DNA of 64,000 bases from Candidatus Levyibacteriota bacterium. GTDB lineage: Bacteria; Patescibacteriota; Microgenomatia; Levybacterales; UBA12049. The translations under genes and the position numbers were made by a program. Location: assembly GCA_003152105.1 (NCBI GenBank), contig PLZJ01000002.1, forward strand, positions 848,112 through 912,111, given 5' to 3'. Positions 58,953 to 64,000 of the stretch are shown one piece after another. The notes under the pieces were generated by a model. The model was not told where the DNA came from. It saw only the letters and a program-made list of their open reading frames with translations, and did not search any database. Numbering within the stretch: position 1 is the first letter of the stretch; the number at the start of each line of letters is the position of its first letter.

Positions 58953-59315
58953 ATGAATACAATAGGTGTGGAGCAAACAAGATTAATAAAAGAAGAGGAA
59001 ATACTACAGCCAGCAAGTAAGGTTTTAAATAATGCTTCGCTACAAACTACTGTTAATCAACTTTCTTCTGAAAAAAATAGCCTCACAATAAAAGATACGT
59101 TAGATCAATTGTTCCCCGAACAGAAATATGAGGACAAAAAAATACAGCAAGTAAAACAAACCCTAGGAGATATCGCGACCACACTTTCAAATGATTATCT
59201 AAGAGATATCGCTACTGAGGTACAGTTCTTATCAGAAACTTGGCTAGATGAATTTGAAAGAGAAATATTTAACGGATTAACTCTAAATGAATTGCTACAT
59301 GAAAAAGGAGGTTAA
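58953..59315 (+). CDS. Hypothetical protein preceding the serine recombinase (candidate directionality/regulatory factor)
   Basis: 120 aa. 3-nt gap to the recombinase gene. Confidence 0.4.
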   Translation: MNTIGVEQTRLIKEEEILQPASKVLNNASLQTTVNQLSSEKNSLTIKDTLDQLFPEQKYEDKKIQQVKQTLGDIATTLSNDYLRDIATEVQFLSETWLDEFEREIFNGLTLNELLHEKGG

Positions 59316-59318
59316 ACT

Positions 59319-60959
59319 ATGGATTTGAAAAATCGTCAGTATGCTGATGGAAAAAGAGCTGTTATTTACTTAAGAGTTTCAACTGAGGAACAGGTTGATA
59401 ATTTTTCACTAGATACACAAGAAGATATATGTCGGAAGGAAGCTGAGAAAAAAGGTTATGAAGTAATTGATATTTTTAGAGAAGAAGGAAGATCTGCAAA
59501 AAATATTGTTGGCAGACCTGTACTTATAAGTCTCCTCGAGTATTGCCGAAAAAATAAACAGAGGATACAGGCAGTCTTCGTCTATCGCATAGACCGAATA
59601 TCTAGACAAACTGCTGATTATTTAGCGATTAGAAAGAAACTACTTGAAAATGACGTAACAATTATATCCGCCACAGAACCAACTGGAGATTCTCCCACTG
59701 AAAAACTTGTAGAAACAATTCTCGCTGGATTTGCGCAATTAGATAATGATATTCGGTCTGAAAGGGCTAGAAATGGTCTTAGGGCAAGATTTAATTCTGG
59801 TTTACTAGGTGGAGGTACTGCGCCGCTTGGATATATATTCCAATCTGGATTCGTGGTAAAAGATCCAAAAACATGGGACAGAGTTAAAGAAGCATGGGAT
59901 TTAATGGCAACTGGTACAAAAAGTACCAGAGATATGGCTCTCATAATGAATAAATGGGGCTTACGAGAAACACGAAGACATAAAGAATATGAACTGCGAG
60001 CACAAACTACTTGTGGAATTTTTAGATTAAAATTTTATGCTGGTTTTCTTACATCCAAGAGATATCAACAAGAGGTAAAAGGGCAACATGTCCCTATGAT
60101 TACTGAAGAACAATTTTATAAAGTCCAGGCAATAATAGATGGCAGAAAAACTACTAAAATACCTTTAGCTCGAAGGACTTTTGAGAATACGGACTTTCCT
60201 CTTAGAAGAATTGTAAAATGCGCGAAATGCGGAATGGGATTAACCGGCTCATGGAGCACAGGAAGACATGGCAAAAAATATGCACATTACTTTTGTTCAA
60301 GTAAGTGTAATTATAAATGTATTCCAGTAAAACTTATGGAAGACGAACTTATTAAAGCTCTAAAAAGAGTTCAGCCTAAAAAAGAAACACTCAAACTATT
60401 TATAGATTCTATATTTCGAATTTATAATCAACGGCTATCAAGATTAACAAAAATAAAAAATGATGCAGATTCTGAAATAGAACGACTTAAGGCACTCAGA
60501 AAGGCAGTTGTTGAAAAAAATCTAGAAGGTGTTTATTCCAATGAGGTATTTAAAGAGCAAAACAGTATTATCGAAGAGAAGATAACAATGGCATATATAG
60601 TAAAAGATGATGCTAACTTAGAAAAGTACAATGTAAATGCATTAACTGATTTTATTAAAACCATTCTGGCAGATCTGGGAGAAACATATAGAAGATCAAG
60701 TATTGGACAGCTAAAAGTACTCCTGGGTTCCGTGTACCCTGGTGGAATCGCTTGGGACTATTCTGGTACATTGGACCCCTCGATTAGCCCGATATATCAA
60801 CATATTCGAACGTTTTCGAATGAGGTCATCCAGTCTGGAGCGGTGAATGGGACTCGGACCCACGACCTTCTCGTTGAAGGCGGTATGTTCCGCACAAAGA
60901 GACTTCTTTTCAAAGCTATAATATCATCGTGTTACCATTTAGTAAATATGACAAAGTAG
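59319..60959 (+). CDS. Large serine recombinase (integrase)
   Basis: Resolvase catalytic N-terminus AVIYLRVSTEEQ ... VYRIDRISR. Recombinase domain and zinc ribbon CAKCGMGLTGSW...HYFC. Coiled-coil region. Confidence 0.9.
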   Translation: MDLKNRQYADGKRAVIYLRVSTEEQVDNFSLDTQEDICRKEAEKKGYEVIDIFREEGRSAKNIVGRPVLISLLEYCRKNKQRIQAVFVYRIDRISRQTADYLAIRKKLLENDVTIISATEPTGDSPTEKLVETILAGFAQLDNDIRSERARNGLRARFNSGLLGGGTAPLGYIFQSGFVVKDPKTWDRVKEAWDLMATGTKSTRDMALIMNKWGLRETRRHKEYELRAQTTCGIFRLKFYAGFLTSKRYQQEVKGQHVPMITEEQFYKVQAIIDGRKTTKIPLARRTFENTDFPLRRIVKCAKCGMGLTGSWSTGRHGKKYAHYFCSSKCNYKCIPVKLMEDELIKALKRVQPKKETLKLFIDSIFRIYNQRLSRLTKIKNDADSEIERLKALRKAVVEKNLEGVYSNEVFKEQNSIIEEKITMAYIVKDDANLEKYNVNALTDFIKTILADLGETYRRSSIGQLKVLLGSVYPGGIAWDYSGTLDPSISPIYQHIRTFSNEVIQSGAVNGTRTHDLLVEGGMFRTKRLLFKAIISSCYHLVNMTK

Positions 60960-61001
60960 AAGAAGTGCTTAAAACCGAGAACTGAAATAAGTTTTCTTAG
61001 C

Positions 61002-61030
61002 TTGACAAGTGAACGATCGTTCTATATAAT
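61002..61030 (+). promoter_or_regulatory. Sigma-70 promoter TTGACA-17-TATAAT with an SOS box (GAACGATCGTTC) in the spacer
   Basis: TTGACA at 61002-61007, GAACGATCGTTC at 61011-61022, TATAAT at 61025-61030. The box core is identical to the one at 46281-46292. Confidence 0.75.
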
Positions 61031-61036
61031 CAGTTT

Positions 61037-62068
61037 GTGAGGGTAAATTTAGAAACAGCAATATCGCGCATACAAGATTTTCATAAAAGTAATGGAAGAG
61101 TTCCTACATATAAAGAGCTTGCAAAAATGTTTGGCTTCGCTTCTAAAAATTCCAGTTTTCAACTCGTTAAAAAATTGATAGCGCAAGATGTCTTAGAGAA
61201 AGATAAAACAGGAAAAATAGTGCCAAAAAATCTTTTCAAAATACCTCATCCTGAACTAACCAAGGCAAGAATTACTTCTACTGATTTGAAATCAATTCTT
61301 GATGATTTATTAGATGCGACACACGCCCTAGCCGAAGCTCATCCATGTCCACACAATACTGAAGACAAATTTCTTCGAGTGTTGGAAGCAACATATAGAA
61401 GAGATACATTCACTATGTTGGCAATCTCCTATCTCTCGCAAAAACTTCCACTTGCTGATAGTGCTGTGGATTTGGTACGAAAAGTCATTGAAGATACCAT
61501 TTCAATTGAGTATATGATTGCAAAAGGGAAGCAAGAAATGGCAGAAAAATTCCAAAAATTCATGTGGATACAAATTCATCAGAATAAGGAGTTTTTGAAA
61601 ACAACGGGAGCGAATTTTGAAGCTTTGGGTATTGCTCAAAAATCAGAGGAATTAGAGAGAAAATACCAAGAAGTTCAAGGAGACTTTATTCACGCACCAA
61701 CGCAAACAGATTTGAGATCATGGATCGGAAACGATGCAAAAGATGTAGAGGACATGCTTAGACAATTAAAGCAGATGGGCAAAATGAATGATTTTGATGT
61801 AAGTAGAACAGCAATCGGGTATGTACGAGCTTGTTGGAAAAATCATTTTAATCCATATGATGTGATGGCATATCTTACAAACGACTTACTAGAAGCAAGT
61901 ACTCAGGAAGCAATGAATCATGCGCTAATTTTTGCAGCAACCTGCCATTATAGATTAACAACTCGATACATTGATCAAATACGAGAAACAACACATGACA
62001 ATAATCAATTTGAGCATGTCCATAAGAAGATTGACGTAATTTGGCAACGACTTAATCCTAAAGATTAA
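61037..62068 (+). CDS. LexA-DNA-binding-domain paralog fused to an uncharacterised C-terminal domain (no S24 peptidase)
   Basis: N-terminal ~70 aa align to the lexA-like N-terminus (LETAISRIQDFHKSNGRVPTYKELAKMF against KELAIERLRYFYKTHNRMPSYEELRKMF; ...EKDKTGKIVPKNL against ...EKDKNGRLLPKNL). GTG start right after the promoter. Confidence 0.55.
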   Translation: MRVNLETAISRIQDFHKSNGRVPTYKELAKMFGFASKNSSFQLVKKLIAQDVLEKDKTGKIVPKNLFKIPHPELTKARITSTDLKSILDDLLDATHALAEAHPCPHNTEDKFLRVLEATYRRDTFTMLAISYLSQKLPLADSAVDLVRKVIEDTISIEYMIAKGKQEMAEKFQKFMWIQIHQNKEFLKTTGANFEALGIAQKSEELERKYQEVQGDFIHAPTQTDLRSWIGNDAKDVEDMLRQLKQMGKMNDFDVSRTAIGYVRACWKNHFNPYDVMAYLTNDLLEASTQEAMNHALIFAATCHYRLTTRYIDQIRETTHDNNQFEHVHKKIDVIWQRLNPKD

Positions 62069-62080
62069 TAAAGAAAACTT

Positions 62081-64000
62081 ATGTTATTTTCTAGTGATGC
62101 AGCAATCAAGTCAAAAAAAGAAGATGCTCTTAATCGAGCGACGTTTTCAGAACACCTGGGTAACGCAATTCTTGATTGGACAAAAAAAGAAACAATGGTA
62201 CTAGGTTTATATGGAGAATGGGGGACAGGGAAAAGTTCCATTATAAATTTAGCACTAGAACATATTAACAATAAAACTAAAAACGATGGAGCAAGTGAAC
62301 CAATAATTTTTCGCTTTAATCCTTGGAATTTTACTGAACAAAATCAATTAGTTACAATTTTCTTATCTGAATTATCAAAAACAATAGGGTTTCAAGGAAA
62401 ATCTGAGCAAGCTTCCTCCGTAGGTAAAACGCTTATCTCATACAGTAAATTTTTTACACCGTTGTCTATTCTTGCAACACTGTTTCCACAGTTCGCACCA
62501 TTAATGAAATTGCCAGAAGAAACATTAAGAGGAATTGGTGATGCTGCAAAACAATGGGCTGAACTAAATGAAAAAGACTTACAAGCTTTGAAATCTGAAC
62601 TCGATAATCAAATTGTCAAATTGAATCGAAAGATAATAATAGTTATTGATGATATTGATAGATTAAATAAACTAGAAATTCGTCAAATATTCCAATTAGT
62701 AAAAATGAATGCCAATTTTCCAAATACAATCTATATACTTTCTTTAGATGATCAAAAGGTAGCAACTTTATTAACAGAAGATAAATTCCCAGGCAAAGAC
62801 TATCTTGAAAAGATCGTACAGGTACCTTTTCATGTACCTGCAATCGAGAGGAAAAGAATTGAAAAAATTCTTTTTAATGAACTCAATTCAATAATAAAAC
62901 CTCTGCAATCAAAGGAGACTCCTTTTGATAGGAAAAAATGGCAAGATATTTATTTTGAAGGATTAAGTGGATTATTCCCTTCATTGCGAAGAGTTAAAAG
63001 ATTTATTAACGGCTTATGTTTTACTATAACAATTGTTCCAAATGAAATAAACGTTATTGATTTCATTGGAATAGAAGCAATTCGTGTTTTTTTCCCTGAA
63101 GTATATACAAGAATTGCAAAAAATAAAGCATTATTTGTTGGTGATGATTTCTCATTTAATGAAGACGATCGAAAAACTAAAATCGAAAAACTCCAAAAAT
63201 TAATTGAAGTTGCTCCTGAACCTGATAAGAAATATCTAACTAAAATAATCTATCAACTTTTCCCTCAATTTACAAGCAATTATGGCTCTGAATGGCAAGA
63301 CATTTGGGAAGGTAAAAAATTAATTTGTTCGAGATATAGATTTGATAGTTATTTTTTTCTTTCAGTTCCAGAAGGACATTTATCGCAACAGAGAATTGAT
63401 CATCTATTATTACAAGCATCAAATAGAAATGATCTTGAAAAATCATTAATTGCGCTTATAAAATCAAAAAAAATAAGAAAATTTTTAATAAGAATCCCTG
63501 ACTTTAAAGAAAGAATATTGGAGAAAAATATACCTAATTTCATTATCGCTATTTTTAATATCGCAGACATACTTCCTCAAAATAGAGAAAATGATTTGGA
63601 CTTTGGTGCAACAATGGAAGCAACAAGAATCGCATATCAACTATTAAATAAAATTCAAGATGAAAAGAAGAGGCAACGAATTGCTACTAAAGTGATACGC
63701 GAAACTTCGGGAATAATTGCTCCTATAGAATTCCTATCTTATGAGGTAAGTAGAATGAAAAAAAATGAGGCTACGAGATTAATCAAGGACGATAAAGTGG
63801 TTGAAAAACTCGTACTGATTATGAGCAATAAATTGAATAAACGAGCCAAGGAAGATAACCTAAAATCAATCCCTAGTTTAACGACTGTTCTTCGGATATG
63901 GAAGGGTTGGGGTGGCGAAGATAATGCAAGAGAATTAATAACTTATTTGCTTAAAAATAATGGTGGTATTGGAAGAATTTTAGAAGGATTCAGTTGGCAA
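62081..64000 (+). CDS. KAP-family P-loop NTPase (partial, continues past the window end)
   Basis: Walker A LYGEWGTGKSS and Walker B IIVIDDIDR. The ORF is open to the window edge and absent from the ORF track because no stop occurs. Confidence 0.7.
   Translation, partial: MLFSSDAAIKSKKEDALNRATFSEHLGNAILDWTKKETMVLGLYGEWGTGKSSIINLALEHINNKTKNDGASEPIIFRFNPWNFTEQNQLVTIFLSELSKTIGFQGKSEQASSVGKTLISYSKFFTPLSILATLFPQFAPLMKLPEETLRGIGDAAKQWAELNEKDLQALKSELDNQIVKLNRKIIIVIDDIDRLNKLEIRQIFQLVKMNANFPNTIYILSLDDQKVATLLTEDKFPGKDYLEKIVQVPFHVPAIERKRIEKILFNELNSIIKPLQSKETPFDRKKWQDIYFEGLSGLFPSLRRVKRFINGLCFTITIVPNEINVIDFIGIEAIRVFFPEVYTRIAKNKALFVGDDFSFNEDDRKTKIEKLQKLIEVAPEPDKKYLTKIIYQLFPQFTSNYGSEWQDIWEGKKLICSRYRFDSYFFLSVPEGHLSQQRIDHLLLQASNRNDLEKSLIALIKSKKIRKFLIRIPDFKERILEKNIPNFIIAIFNIADILPQNRENDLDFGATMEATRIAYQLLNKIQDEKKRQRIATKVIRETSGIIAPIEFLSYEVSRMKKNEATRLIKDDKVVEKLVLIMSNKLNKRAKEDNLKSIPSLTTVLRIWKGWGGEDNARELITYLLKNNGGIGRILEGFSWQ

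Noticed and set aside
62065-62271. 68-aa minus-strand ORF
   Set aside because: It overlaps the Walker-A-containing N-terminus of the KAP NTPase on the opposite strand.

Overview
This is a low-GC (roughly one-third G+C) bacterial window with a Gram-positive-type SOS box (GAAC-N4-GTTC). All calls are by eye from motifs, with no database searches. The first ~34 kb looks chromosomal or accessory. It contains an extracytoplasmic flavinylation module (ApbE, FMN-binding protein, membrane FNR-like reductase, DsbB). It also contains a metal cluster: two non-canonical NRAMP-family permeases, one translationally coupled to a stand-alone MgtE cytosolic (MgtE-N + CBS) protein, plus a P-type ATPase. Further along are a YjjX NTPase, an ABC-2 exporter, a ~0.9 kb GC-rich island, an IS1595-family transposase, a string of small accessory genes separated by a dispersed ~35-nt repeat family, tRNA-Gln, a Fic protein, an MFS transporter and a PLD-like nuclease. 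From ~34.1 to ~61 kb the content looks like an integrative/conjugative element. Its parts are an XRE regulator, M23 peptidase, VirB4-like ATPase, VirB6-like protein with a fused pilin-like domain, a pilin-like protein, a Replic_Relax-like protein, a T4CP-like ATPase and a large serine recombinase. Its cargo includes (i) a HEPN-like protein, catalytically dead FtsK-like protein, zinc-ribbon protein and Mrr-like nuclease cassette; (ii) a LexA-like/YolD/UmuC SOS mutagenesis module with an SRAP gene under a Cheo-type SOS box; and (iii) a 1087-aa fusion of an SF2 helicase to a complete sigma-70 domain, divergent from an uncharacterised 1097-aa protein. A second identical SOS box at ~61.0 kb sits in a perfect sigma-70 promoter driving a LexA-DNA-binding-domain paralog and a partial KAP P-loop NTPase. 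The most unusual items are the helicase-sigma fusion, the dead-FtsK/Mrr/HEPN cassette and the SOS-wired LexA-DBD paralog with KAP NTPase.
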